Assembly (NCBI GenBank): GCA_031291995.1
Contig: JARLHZ010000016.1
Span: 1-54,148 of the forward strand
DNA: 54,148 nucleotides
From: Candidatus Doudnabacteria bacterium
Lineage (GTDB): Bacteria > Patescibacteriota > Doudnabacteria > UBA920
Direction: 5' to 3'
Both the position numbers and the translations under genes were made by a program. This document shows, one piece after another, positions 1-8,755 of this stretch (position 1 is its first letter; each line of letters begins with the position of its first letter). The notes under the pieces are model-generated. The model saw only the letters and a program-made list of their open reading frames with translations, was not told the DNA's origin and ran no database searches.

Positions 1-140
1 CCAGAGCCGGAGACAGGCAATGCGGAAGTCAGGATTTGGCATCAGAACACCCTTACGGCGACCAAAACTATTCTGCTTAAAGACCTGCCCCAAGTCCATC
101 TTTGAATTTTAAGAAGTCCGGTTTTGAATTTTTGCTAACA
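1..140 (+). mobile_element. Possible right end of an IS (IS481-like): ORF tail 1..105 plus terminal region ending in ACA
   Basis: Frame-1 ORF tail PEPETGNAEVRIWHQ...QVHL* stops at 105; imperfect 19-mer repeats AAGTCCnnnTTTGAATTTT at 92-110 and 114-132; ends ...GCTAACA at 140. Truncated by window edge. Confidence 0.35.
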
Positions 141-147
141 GAATTAT

Positions 148-173
148 AAAAACCCCTAACTTAAGGGGTTTTT
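148..173. terminator. Bidirectional intrinsic terminator
   Basis: AAAAACCCCT-aactta-AGGGGTTTTT between convergent ORFs. Confidence 0.75.
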
Positions 174-202
174 GAGCTCAAAACTAAAAATAAAAGATCA
201 AA

Positions 203-628
203 CTATTTAATTGGCCTGCTCCCTAAGTCCTGAAAAAACCTTAGTAGATAACCATCCGGATCTTGTACCAAAAATTGTTTATTACCAACTTCTTTATCGC
301 TCGCTCGGTACCATTTTTCTTCCATCTCGAAAAAAATCGGATGACCAGCTTGCTTAAAATTGTTATACAAGCTCTGCACGTTAGCAACTTCAATTTGAAA
401 ATGCATGCCACGACCAAAAGGTCTTTCTAATTTTCCAACATTCCAAGTGCGACTTTTTTCTGTCAGGCCTTCTATCATAAGGCAAGCCCCGTTCAACCCA
501 AGCATGGCGAAGTCCTCCTCTGGCCGATCATACAGAACGTCAAAACCAGCAAGTCTTGTATAAAAATCGAGACTCGATTTAAAATCCAGCACCTTAAGCT
601 CAGGAATTAATGTTGCTTTTCTAATCAT
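203..628 (-). CDS. VOC/glyoxalase/bleomycin-resistance family protein
   Basis: LIPELKV...SLDFY N-terminus and FLVQDPDGYLLRF C-terminus. Confidence 0.85.
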   Translation of the reverse strand: MIRKATLIPELKVLDFKSSLDFYTRLAGFDVLYDRPEEDFAMLGLNGACLMIEGLTEKSRTWNVGKLERPFGRGMHFQIEVANVQSLYNNFKQAGHPIFFEMEEKWYRASDKEVGNKQFLVQDPDGYLLRFFQDLGSRPIK

Positions 629-1799
629 AATTTTTCACTACTTCCTTTTGATAATTTTTAAAGAGTCTCCAGTAGAGGTATACAACAGAAAGCGAAAGAG
701 TCTCGGTAATAATGATTGGGCCTTTTACTCCCAGACGATCGGCAACCAAACCGAATAGGTAAGCAAAAATTGCAAAAAAAATGTTCCCAAAAAATGAATT
801 GATCGAACCCATTGTAGCGCGTTGTTGATTGCTGAACTCCCTGTGCATCAATGCATTTAAAGCAATTGACGTAACACCAAATGCGATGGAAGTAAGAGCA
901 ATAAGGATTGGCGACCAAACCCCGGAGTATAGCACTGCTAAAACTGTAACTGCCATACCAATCACTTGTCCGACAATCAATACCTTGAATGAGAAAAACT
1001 TTTTTAAGATAGGTCCTGCTTGATGTGAACCAAGGAACGTAAATAAATTGTTCATGGCTTTTGAAATTCCCAGCGCCCAAACTGGCCATACCGTGCTAAT
1101 AAATGCCGGCATGAACTGGTTCTCAACTTCACCCATTCCGAAGTTTAAGATAGATGACAAGCTCAGGTCGCGAAGTTTATTGTTTTGTTTGAAGGCAATA
1201 AAAGACTCCCGTAAATGCGAGTAAACATTTCCGGAATTAGCGGCGCGCTGGATTTTTGGCTCGACAAGTTGGAAGCCAATAACAAGTGCAATCGCCAACG
1301 GGACAATAGAAAACCAAAAAATCCAGCTAAGCGAAAATCCAAACACAAAGGTGGCGATAATGGCTGAAGTCCCGAGACCCAACGGAATCATTGCATTGAT
1401 TTTCCCTAAATGCTCATCGAGTGTTTTCTGCTCGTTTGTTTCAGCCAGAGTGTCGTAAATGAGCGAGTCGTTATTGCCACTGAAAAGGGAATCCGAGAGC
1501 CCGGCAAAAATCGCTCCGATAGCAAGAAACCAAAATGAGCCGCCTATGGCATAGAAAGCAACACACAAAATGCTTGCCAGCACCCCAAACATCAATGTCT
1601 TTTTGCGACCGATTCTATCTGAATAAATACCAGTTGGAATCTCAAAAATGCACGTTGAAATTGAAAAAATTGAAAAAACCAAAAGAGCCAAGGCATAAGA
1701 CTTGGTCACTTGTGCAAAATAAACGATAGCGATTGGGTTATAGGGTTTAAAGCTCAAAAAGAAATTAAACCACTTCATCAATTTCAGATTTCTGTGCAT
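621..1799 (-). CDS. MFS transporter
   Basis: About 12 hydrophobic segments; motif A-like GIYSDRIGRK. Confidence 0.9.
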   Translation of the reverse strand: MHRNLKLMKWFNFFLSFKPYNPIAIVYFAQVTKSYALALLVFSIFSISTCIFEIPTGIYSDRIGRKKTLMFGVLASILCVAFYAIGGSFWFLAIGAIFAGLSDSLFSGNNDSLIYDTLAETNEQKTLDEHLGKINAMIPLGLGTSAIIATFVFGFSLSWIFWFSIVPLAIALVIGFQLVEPKIQRAANSGNVYSHLRESFIAFKQNNKLRDLSLSSILNFGMGEVENQFMPAFISTVWPVWALGISKAMNNLFTFLGSHQAGPILKKFFSFKVLIVGQVIGMAVTVLAVLYSGVWSPILIALTSIAFGVTSIALNALMHREFSNQQRATMGSINSFFGNIFFAIFAYLFGLVADRLGVKGPIIITETLSLSVVYLYWRLFKNYQKEVVKNYD

Positions 1800-1937
1800 A
1801 ACATTTTTGCTAACATAATTCTAAATTTCATGGCGCCAAGCTCAATTCTCATAGATGGCCAAAACCCTAGTTTGGTCAGGGCTTATAAGTAAAAACCATA
1901 AGGGAAAGAGATTCTTCTATTTATTATCTTAAAATTA

Positions 1938-2459
1938 TTAATGACCGATTGCCACCATAATCCTGTCGGCCATCTGTTGTGTGGTTTCTTCCGAATCAAT
2001 AGGAACTGCTCCGGATTTGAGCATATTATCCTCAAACTCTTTATACCAAGACAAAATATGTTCCTGTTCCGACTTGTCTTTGGCAAACTGGTTCTCCCCA
2101 TCGCGGGTGCTTAAGCGATGGATAAAAGTTTCTTCTTTGCAACGAAGTAGGAAAATCTTTTCAAACAGAGATTGAAAGTCGTTCTGATTGGAAGCCAGCC
2201 CGAGAACTGCGACATCTCCTGATTGTCCAGCTAAAAGCCCTTCCAACTTATCCTGATCGCATATCCATTCGTGAGCCTCCAGCCAGTCCTTGCCAATGCC
2301 GTATTGGTATTCAGCTCTTTGTTTGGTTTGCCTGTTTCTCCAATGACAAAGGTCAGAAATGGCATCAATATCAAAACAAACAACCCCCCGCTTGGCCAGC
2401 TCTTCTGTCAGGGTTGATTTTCCCGTACCCGAAACACCGGTAATGTAGATTTTACTCAT
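1938..2459 (-). CDS. P-loop small-molecule/nucleotide kinase (AAA_18-like)
   Basis: N-terminal ITGVSGTGKST Walker A, 173 aa. Confidence 0.8.
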   Translation of the reverse strand: MSKIYITGVSGTGKSTLTEELAKRGVVCFDIDAISDLCHWRNRQTKQRAEYQYGIGKDWLEAHEWICDQDKLEGLLAGQSGDVAVLGLASNQNDFQSLFEKIFLLRCKEETFIHRLSTRDGENQFAKDKSEQEHILSWYKEFEDNMLKSGAVPIDSEETTQQMADRIMVAIGH

Positions 2460-2468
2460 AGTGTTGCC

Positions 2469-3509
2469 TTAAGAAAAAAGGTAGTTATAGTCATTTAACT
2501 CCAAAGTTTTTATGGGGAACTTCATCCATTCTAGGGCCTTTGGCGATGACTGGTTTTTTAAATACCAATCCATCGTCCACAGAAGCATATAGAACATATA
2601 AGCCTTTAGCGCAATTTTAAGAAGATGATTCTCTCGCGGTAAATCAAGCTCACTTTTTCCGAAAGCTTTCCTGTATGCCCTCAGGCCTAAGTTAACCCTG
2701 CGTTTGTTATATTTCCCGGTGTTAATGCCCTTGTAGCGATAGCAAGACTGGCCAATAGTGCCAGCCAAGTCCGTAATGCGGCTGTCAAAACGAACCCAGT
2801 CAAAATCAAAGATCCCTGAAACCTTATCGCCGGAAAAATTAACATTGCCGGGGTGCAGGTCAAAATGGACTACTTGTTTTGGTAGTTTATCATAACCCGC
2901 CTTGTCCAGTTCTTTTTTATTTTCTTCAATAAATTTTAAAATGAATTTTCTATTTGCACTTAGCAATTTTCTGACATCTGAGTTAGGCATTCGATTAAGC
3001 AAGCCATTGAACAGCTTTGCGCCATTCTTTGCGTAATAGTATATTGGTCTGTTGTGTTTTATTTTAGTTTTGAAACCGGCTACAGTTTTTGTAAATTTTG
3101 CCGATGCTATAAAAAAATTGGCCAACTTTTTGTCGCTGAACCGGGTTAAATTGTTCCAGCTGGCTTGGGTTTTGCCAGGCATAAAATTCTGCAAAATGTA
3201 AAACCTTTTGTTATAGATAGTAATGTCCTTGCCTAGGTTATTTTGGATAGCATAAGGCGTCAATTTAAACCGCTTGTTTCTTAAATAATTTAAGACAGCA
3301 ATTTCCAATTTTAAGTGATGTATGGACTTTTTAGGTTCTGACTCCCGAAGCACAAACTGCTTCTTTAAGCCCTGAACAATAAAAATGTTATTATTGTTTG
3401 CAACTGTGTTTTTACTCAATCTGATTTTTTGCAGACCAAACCCGTAGCCCTCAAGGACTTTAAGAACTCTGATTTTTTCTTGTGATGTTAAAATTTTACC
3501 TTGGGCCAT
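2469..3509 (-). CDS. APH/homoserine-kinase type II family phosphotransferase
   Basis: HFDLHPGN and FDFD motifs; start moved to ATG 3509 to avoid overlap. Confidence 0.8.
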   Translation of the reverse strand: MAQGKILTSQEKIRVLKVLEGYGFGLQKIRLSKNTVANNNNIFIVQGLKKQFVLRESEPKKSIHHLKLEIAVLNYLRNKRFKLTPYAIQNNLGKDITIYNKRFYILQNFMPGKTQASWNNLTRFSDKKLANFFIASAKFTKTVAGFKTKIKHNRPIYYYAKNGAKLFNGLLNRMPNSDVRKLLSANRKFILKFIEENKKELDKAGYDKLPKQVVHFDLHPGNVNFSGDKVSGIFDFDWVRFDSRITDLAGTIGQSCYRYKGINTGKYNKRRVNLGLRAYRKAFGKSELDLPRENHLLKIALKAYMFYMLLWTMDWYLKNQSSPKALEWMKFPIKTLELNDYNYLFS

Positions 3510-3519
3510 TTCAATAAAA

Positions 3520-4614
3520 TTAATCCCTCTTATAGGCAAACTCAAGTTGCTCACAAAGTTTTAAATTCTCTACGACATCGGTGCTATCGGTAAATTGGTC
3601 AACAGAACCGATGTTGGTTTTAATGCCTTTGACTCTTGGATCTTTGATTACCTTTTTTATGGCCTCTGCAAAAACATCAGCGTGAATGACTAGGTACGGC
3701 CGACCGTAATAGCTACTCACTTTTGATGACAAAGGCTTAGTAATTTTTAATGCGTTATAATTTTTTGCTACAATTTCGTAAGCTTGAGCCAGCCACTTCT
3801 CCCTTTCCTTCCAATTTTTTGACACCAAAACTTTCCGTAACACTGGCGCTAAATTTTTGGAGATTTTAAGTGCGCCGAATGCCGCGCCAAACCATTTACT
3901 GTACGGGTAGTATCTCTTTTCCATTAAAAAGCAAAGCTTCATTATTTCCCTTACAATTCTGGCAGCAACTATCTGCGAACCAAGCTCATCGCCAACATCG
4001 CCAGCCCGTCCGACAAAGGCCTCTTCCTGCGAAATTTTAATCCACTGACAGGCTAGCATATAAAGCCAAACGTCTTTGGGGTAGTAGCTGAATTTTTCCC
4101 TGACTTTTTTCAATTCTCCCAAGCCGTCATAAAATACTTCACCGCTCACCATTTCCAAGAGCCGTTGTTGGGGAAACGTTAGCCAGTTTTCTACCGTGAT
4201 ATTTTTTGTTTGGTCAAACCTTAATCGTAATTCATAAAAAGATTTTACGGTATAAACATTGACCATGTGATCTACTGGGCCGGATGTAATTTTTATAGCA
4301 CGGCGGACACCATTTGGCGCCGGTTTGCTGTAGTTTGTTGAGTAACCCATAAAATCATAGGGTAAGTTGTTAGCTATAGCTTTATGAATTTTATCCTTTA
4401 ATTTCGGATAATCTTTTTCGCTGAGAAATATAAAAACCCGCGGTCCCCAATGGTGGTCCCGTGATATCTCCGTATCGTAACCCAAAACCTCACTACCCCA
4501 GCCAAACAGGGCGGCCGAGTATTTTAATTTTGAAAACTCTTTATCCAAAATTGGTTTGATTTCTTTTTGATAAAACAGTTTGCTTAATTCTAAGCCGGGA
4601 ATAAATTTTGTCAT
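3520..4614 (-). CDS. DUF4037-domain (nucleotidyltransferase-like) protein
   Basis: GWGSEVLGYDTEISRDHHWGPR and YYPYSKW motifs typical of this family. Confidence 0.7.
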   Translation of the reverse strand: MTKFIPGLELSKLFYQKEIKPILDKEFSKLKYSAALFGWGSEVLGYDTEISRDHHWGPRVFIFLSEKDYPKLKDKIHKAIANNLPYDFMGYSTNYSKPAPNGVRRAIKITSGPVDHMVNVYTVKSFYELRLRFDQTKNITVENWLTFPQQRLLEMVSGEVFYDGLGELKKVREKFSYYPKDVWLYMLACQWIKISQEEAFVGRAGDVGDELGSQIVAARIVREIMKLCFLMEKRYYPYSKWFGAAFGALKISKNLAPVLRKVLVSKNWKEREKWLAQAYEIVAKNYNALKITKPLSSKVSSYYGRPYLVIHADVFAEAIKKVIKDPRVKGIKTNIGSVDQFTDSTDVVENLKLCEQLEFAYKRD

Positions 4615-5147
4615 ATATTTAATAATCCTTGATCCGTATCAATTAGTTTTTCTAATTCCGCAGCATCAACCTCCGGCGAGTTTATATTCTGATATACATA
4701 CCCTGGCCAAGATTCGATTTTGTCACGATCCTGCTGATCTTTGTATAAATCGATAAGCGAATGCCGCCCTCTTTGCTCAAGCCTTCGTTTCCGTAGCGCA
4801 AAAGGCACGTTTAAGTGATAAAGATATACCGGCACTTTTTTAGTCACCTTACTGCTATAGCGCAAAACACCCTCTTTTATTAGGAACCTGTCTCCAATTC
4901 CGATAACTATAAAGCCCTCAGCGAGAAATTTATTTAAATCACTGGTAAAATCAGCTCTGGCCTTAAGCAAATCATCCTCTTTTTGATGGTCATTATCCCA
5001 AATCCATGTTGGGCAAAATTTTTCTATATATGTGTCCAAGTCTAGCAAGATTGATTTTTTTCCGTGCGCAATAAAGTCCTCAACTAATATCTTGCCAAGC
5101 GTATTCTTTCCTGATGCCGGCCCTCCATCAATTAATATCAATTTCAT
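4611..5147 (-). CDS. P-loop kinase-like protein
   Basis: LILIDGGPASGKNT Walker A; start at ATG 5147. Confidence 0.75.
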   Translation of the reverse strand: MKLILIDGGPASGKNTLGKILVEDFIAHGKKSILLDLDTYIEKFCPTWIWDNDHQKEDDLLKARADFTSDLNKFLAEGFIVIGIGDRFLIKEGVLRYSSKVTKKVPVYLYHLNVPFALRKRRLEQRGRHSLIDLYKDQQDRDKIESWPGYVYQNINSPEVDAAELEKLIDTDQGLLNI

Positions 5148-5157
5148 AAAAAATATA

Positions 5158-5736
5158 TTATATTCCTTTTGCTTCAAAGTCCTCAACCGATTTAACGCCA
5201 TTCTCTAAAACGGCAGTATAAATATCAAAACTTTTTATGTTGTCTTTGTACTTTACGCCGTCAAAATAAGCCTCTTTAATTTTGAGAATTATTTCCGCTT
5301 TTTTAGGATCAGCGGCTAACAGTGGTTCAAACTTATTTATGGAATCGCGCACTAGATGGGCATAACTTTCATCAGGCTTTAGGTACCAAACATCAAACTT
5401 CCAGTTTTTGTCCTCGTGCGGTATTATCAACTCCCAAAAAAATCCAAGCGGCATATCATAAGCAGGATAATTTTGATAATCAGCTGTGCCGATTGTCTGA
5501 AAAATATCCTTATCAATTAACTCTTTGGTTATTTGATGGGCCTTATTTTTCTCAATGCTGTCTGATATAACAAAGAGGTCGATATCGCGACGGTACATAA
5601 GCTTCAAACGAAGGCTGCCGATTTTTTCAACCTTCCCCAATTTTGAAAAGACTTCCACAACGCCTGTTTTGGTTATAATTTCCTCTGCTGACTTGCAAAA
5701 ATTTTGGGAATTTTGGATTAGGTTATTTTCAGTCAT
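5158..5736 (-). CDS. Hypothetical protein, pol-beta-type nucleotidyltransferase-like
   Basis: GS-x9-DID signature (GSLRLKLMYRRDIDL). Confidence 0.55.
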   Translation of the reverse strand: MTENNLIQNSQNFCKSAEEIITKTGVVEVFSKLGKVEKIGSLRLKLMYRRDIDLFVISDSIEKNKAHQITKELIDKDIFQTIGTADYQNYPAYDMPLGFFWELIIPHEDKNWKFDVWYLKPDESYAHLVRDSINKFEPLLAADPKKAEIILKIKEAYFDGVKYKDNIKSFDIYTAVLENGVKSVEDFEAKGI

Positions 5737-5800
5737 AAAAGGAATTCTTTTACCTTTATTTTAACACATTTTTCACTTTAAAGTAGGACTTTTGACGAGG

Positions 5801-6790
5801 CTAATAATTCAAAAACTTTCCATGCGCTTCCTTGGCCTTGGTTTTATCTAGACCCAAGTAATAACGGCAGGTGGTCTCGAGCCGGTCATGGCCGAGGATT
5901 TCTTTTACGTGAGAAATTGGGCAGCCGTTAAATAAAAGGTTGGTGGCCATGGTATGCCGCAGAATGTGCGGCGTTATTTTTTTAGTAATGCCAGCTTTCC
6001 TGGCCTGCCAGCTGAAGGCCTTACTAATGTCGGACTTGGTTAAGCGCGTGCGGTTTTGGGTTATAAACAGCGCCGGGTTATTGTCCTTGCGATGCTCAAG
6101 ATAATGCTTAATCCAGTCCAAGGATCTCTGGTTAAAAAATACCGTGCGCTCCTTGCTGCCCTTGCCGATAATTTTGGCCTCGGCCTTTTCAAAGTCTATG
6201 CTGTCGCGGTTTAAAGACAGGGCTTCGGAAATTCTCATACCGGAGCCGAGCAGAACCTCGACCAGCGTCCGGAACCTTAAGCCGTTCATCCTGACTCCGG
6301 GCTTACGCAAATGGCCGGTGTGCTTTTTTTCTATGCTGATGCTGTTTACGAACTGCTCAATCTCCTCGTTGGTTAAAAACAGCACGTCGCGGCGCCTCCG
6401 CTTGGGCGACTTTATTCTTTTGCTATCAAGCACCGGCAGATCTAAAAAGTCCTTGCAGTATTTTAAAAAACTTTTAGTGGCAAACACAATGGAATAAATC
6501 CTGGCCTCGCTGGCCCCTCTGGCCAGGACTTTTTGTTTGACCTCGGTTATGTGGATGAGGTTTAGTTGGTTTATGGGCAAATCGCCGATATACCGGATGA
6601 CCCAATGCAGGCAGTCCCCGTATTTATCCACTGTGCCGGGAGAGAACGACAGCTCAAACTGGCCGTATTTTAAAAACCCCGGAATCAGCTCGCTGAATTT
6701 CGGGCAGGTTGGCGCCTGTGGGCTGGCCAAAATTGGCACGGCCAAAGTTCCTACATTTGTATTTGATTCTAAGGCAATCCCCGGATACAT
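5801..6790 (-). CDS. Tyrosine recombinase (XerC/D-like), integrase B of element 2
   Basis: GMRISE, GKGSKER, HILRH, LGH, TTCRYY catalytic set; start ATG 6790 by analogy with 40416. Confidence 0.95.
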   Translation of the reverse strand: MYPGIALESNTNVGTLAVPILASPQAPTCPKFSELIPGFLKYGQFELSFSPGTVDKYGDCLHWVIRYIGDLPINQLNLIHITEVKQKVLARGASEARIYSIVFATKSFLKYCKDFLDLPVLDSKRIKSPKRRRRDVLFLTNEEIEQFVNSISIEKKHTGHLRKPGVRMNGLRFRTLVEVLLGSGMRISEALSLNRDSIDFEKAEAKIIGKGSKERTVFFNQRSLDWIKHYLEHRKDNNPALFITQNRTRLTKSDISKAFSWQARKAGITKKITPHILRHTMATNLLFNGCPISHVKEILGHDRLETTCRYYLGLDKTKAKEAHGKFLNY

Positions 6791-6830
6791 AAAAAGCCTC
6801 GCGTCAATTGATGACACAAGGCTCTTTAAT
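6789..6830 (-). terminator. Terminator-like hairpin abutting integrase B start codon
   Basis: Minus strand AAAGAGCCUUGUGUCA-UCAAU-UGACGCGAGGCUUUUU-AUG; fully paired only with G-U pairs on the minus strand. Confidence 0.75.
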
Positions 6831-7052
6831 TGCAATTTCGTTAAGTTCCCTTAACGGCTAAATAGTGACCCCGAGCATTAAAGGCGCTCAGGCTCCGCAT
6901 AATCTTGCGATTATATGGAGAAGAATTACCGTACAAAACCGTTTACGTTAACGTCGTTTCTTAGAGTCAGGATTGCGTTAAAAATCGAAATAATTAACGA
7001 CGACCAACAGAATGCCGCAAATAGTAAGATCGAAATCCATACTTTTGCGGAA
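6791..7052 (-). ncRNA. Orphan 16S pre-rRNA 3' trailer copy B (structured)
   Basis: Homologous to 40417-40669; segments 6849-6868, 6931-6940 and 6941-6951 are complementary to the 16S leader; UUCG and GCAA hairpins. Confidence 0.75.
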
Positions 7053-7072
7053 TGTTCCTTAGAAAGGAGGTG
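7053..7072. repeat. att-like direct repeat (copy of 16S rRNA 3' end)
   Basis: TGTTCCTTAGAAAGGAGGTG identical to 40670-40689. Confidence 0.9.
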
Positions 7073-7221
7073 TTTATCCCGACCACTACCTGAAATAAAA
7101 AATATGACCAAAAACTGTATTAATTTTTTAACTTTCTGTAGGAAGAATAACTCTAAACTTGTAAAGTTGCAAATCGTAAATTGTGGAAATCTAAAACTAT
7201 ATTACCTGCCGCGTTTGTCAT

Positions 7222-7237
7222 CGGGACAGCGGTACAA
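7222..7237 (+). repeat. 16-bp sequence with inverted copy at 16295-16310
   Basis: CGGGACAGCGGTACAA; reverse complement TTGTACCGCTGTCCCG at 16295-16310. Confidence 0.6.
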
Positions 7238-7277
7238 AAATTTAAATTTTTCTTTTGGCATATTGGTTTACTGCATC

Positions 7278-7306
7278 AAAAAACCGCCCTGGTTTTAGGT
7301 GGCTTT
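7278..7306 (-). terminator. Intrinsic terminator after zeta-toxin pair
   Basis: Minus strand AAAGCCACCU-AAAACC-AGGGCGGUUUUUU. Confidence 0.55.
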
Positions 7307-7477
7307 ATGATTAGCTCTTTGGTACTGCTCCACCAGCTCTCGCTGATCCTGGTTGGCTTTGCGGATAACATCTTCCATCAGCGTGCGCTTTTCTTCCGGT
7401 GAGGCATGATTAAAAAAAGAGGAAAAATTTTTCTTCTCCGATTTGGGAGTAAATAATTGCTTAAGTTTCTTGATCAT
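7295..7477 (-). CDS. Small helical protein coupled to zeta toxin (putative partner)
   Basis: 4-nt overlap with the zeta gene; FSSFFNHASPEEKR-type motif. Confidence 0.6.
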   Translation of the reverse strand: MIKKLKQLFTPKSEKKNFSSFFNHASPEEKRTLMEDVIRKANQDQRELVEQYQRANHKAT

Positions 7478-8172
7478 AATAGCTTCTCCAACGCTTCTTT
7501 AGTATACACTTTTGGCAAATACACATCAAGGCTTTCGACATTATCATAAAGTTTTTCAAAACTTTTGCTAAAATCCTTGATAACTAAGTTAAGTTCAATT
7601 TTGGAGCCAAAATGGGCTTTAGCCTGGCTGACGTTCTCCCGGGCGCGAACGAAGGAATGTATAAAGACTTCCTTGGAAACATGGCGACCCTCCTTTTCTT
7701 CGCGAATCTTGGTAAACGTCCAGGCCACGACCGGGTCCTGAAACAAGTAATAAATCACCACGCGCCGGTTGTGCTTAAGCGAACGCTCTATATTCTCCAT
7801 CGCCCGCTCATAGGCAAAAGTGCCGTCTAAAATAGCGTTGATATTATTGTGCAGGACGTAATCAAATAACACGTTAACACCCAGGGTGCAGGCACGCTGA
7901 AAAATATGGGAATTGTTGCCGTTATAGTCTGGAAAAATCGCTCTTATATCGTCGGCGTCAATTCTCACCGGCTGACTGCCGTCAAAGACCTCAATTAACC
8001 GTTTTGATACTTCGGTTTTGCCAGCTCCGGGAGAGCCAGCCATAAACAAAGAAACCGGCTGCGCTTCCGGCTTATAAATTTTAGGGTTGGCGAAACGTTC
8101 AACCAACTCAAACTTATGTTCTTTGATGTATTGGTAAGCCGAGTCACTAAGTTGTTGATCATCTTCTAGCAT
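7474..8172 (-). CDS. Zeta toxin family P-loop kinase
   Basis: FMAGSPGAGKT, RIDADDIR, ILDGTF, EGRHV; start ATG 8172. Confidence 0.85.
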   Translation of the reverse strand: MLEDDQQLSDSAYQYIKEHKFELVERFANPKIYKPEAQPVSLFMAGSPGAGKTEVSKRLIEVFDGSQPVRIDADDIRAIFPDYNGNNSHIFQRACTLGVNVLFDYVLHNNINAILDGTFAYERAMENIERSLKHNRRVVIYYLFQDPVVAWTFTKIREEKEGRHVSKEVFIHSFVRARENVSQAKAHFGSKIELNLVIKDFSKSFEKLYDNVESLDVYLPKVYTKEALEKLL

Positions 8173-8179
8173 AGTTGTA

Positions 8180-8695
8180 TTACCTTTCTCCCTGCAACAT
8201 TCTCTCAAAAGCCTCCACATTACCCATGGAGTCATGCACCGGATTATGGTCATGTAGGGTAACGCGCAACTTTTTCCAAGATTGAGTATTAGTAAAGTCG
8301 CCAACAAGACCGGCATAAAAGTCACTAAGCCTTCTTGCGGAATGCCCAAAAGGAATTCTGCCAAGCGTTCTCCAAAAGCTGTCGTTAATCCATTGCCAAT
8401 CAAAAGCCGGGTTGTCGCTGACAAAAATTGGACGTTCGTGCTTCGTCAGATTTAAAATCCACTTTTCAAACTTCTCAAAGATTTCCCGCTCATCATAAAT
8501 TTTTCCGGTAGGGGCAGGGATCATAGGATTCCCCTCAGATGGCTTGGTTTCAGCCAGGACTCCGTGAAAAGTCGCTTTGGAAGGATATGCGACCGCGCCA
8601 AACTCGGTAAGTTTCCCTAACGCTGGACACTTGCCATACGCTTCACAATCCACGAAAATTAAATTGGTTAAGTTTCCACTCTTCATATATTTCAA
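8180..8695 (-). CDS. DEDDh 3'-5' exo(ribo)nuclease (Rv2179c/DUF5051-like)
   Basis: FVDCE, SDNPAFDW, HNPVHD motifs. Confidence 0.75.
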   Translation of the reverse strand: MKYMKSGNLTNLIFVDCEAYGKCPALGKLTEFGAVAYPSKATFHGVLAETKPSEGNPMIPAPTGKIYDEREIFEKFEKWILNLTKHERPIFVSDNPAFDWQWINDSFWRTLGRIPFGHSARRLSDFYAGLVGDFTNTQSWKKLRVTLHDHNPVHDSMGNVEAFERMLQGER

Positions 8696-8755
8696 TAATG
8701 TTACTTATACCAGAATATATCCCTTTTCCTATAATCGTGCAAGGCTTTACGCTAA

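Larger units (their letters stand above)
203..7072 (-). mobile_element. Integrative element 2 (distal boundary not visible)
   Basis: att copy + trailer + integrase B followed by co-oriented cargo; no further att copy seen in 1-5800. Confidence 0.65.

Noticed and set aside
203-5736. Integron cassette array
   Set aside because: Genes overlap or abut, no attC-like repeats were seen, and the recombinase lacks the IntI-specific insertion.
6791-6835. N-terminal extension of integrase B in the ORF track
   Set aside because: It runs through the conserved terminator hairpin; ATG 6790 matches integrase A's start context.
6791-7052. Trailer as a riboswitch or recombinase guide (bridge-like) RNA
   Set aside because: No known aptamer consensus recognised, the enzyme is a tyrosine recombinase, and the conserved blocks are explained by complementarity to the 16S leader.
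6915-7298. 127-aa plus-strand ORF
   Set aside because: It spans the trailer and att site, and the frame is not conserved in copy A.
8173-8424. Long N-terminal extension of zeta toxin
   Set aside because: It overlaps the exonuclease gene in another frame.
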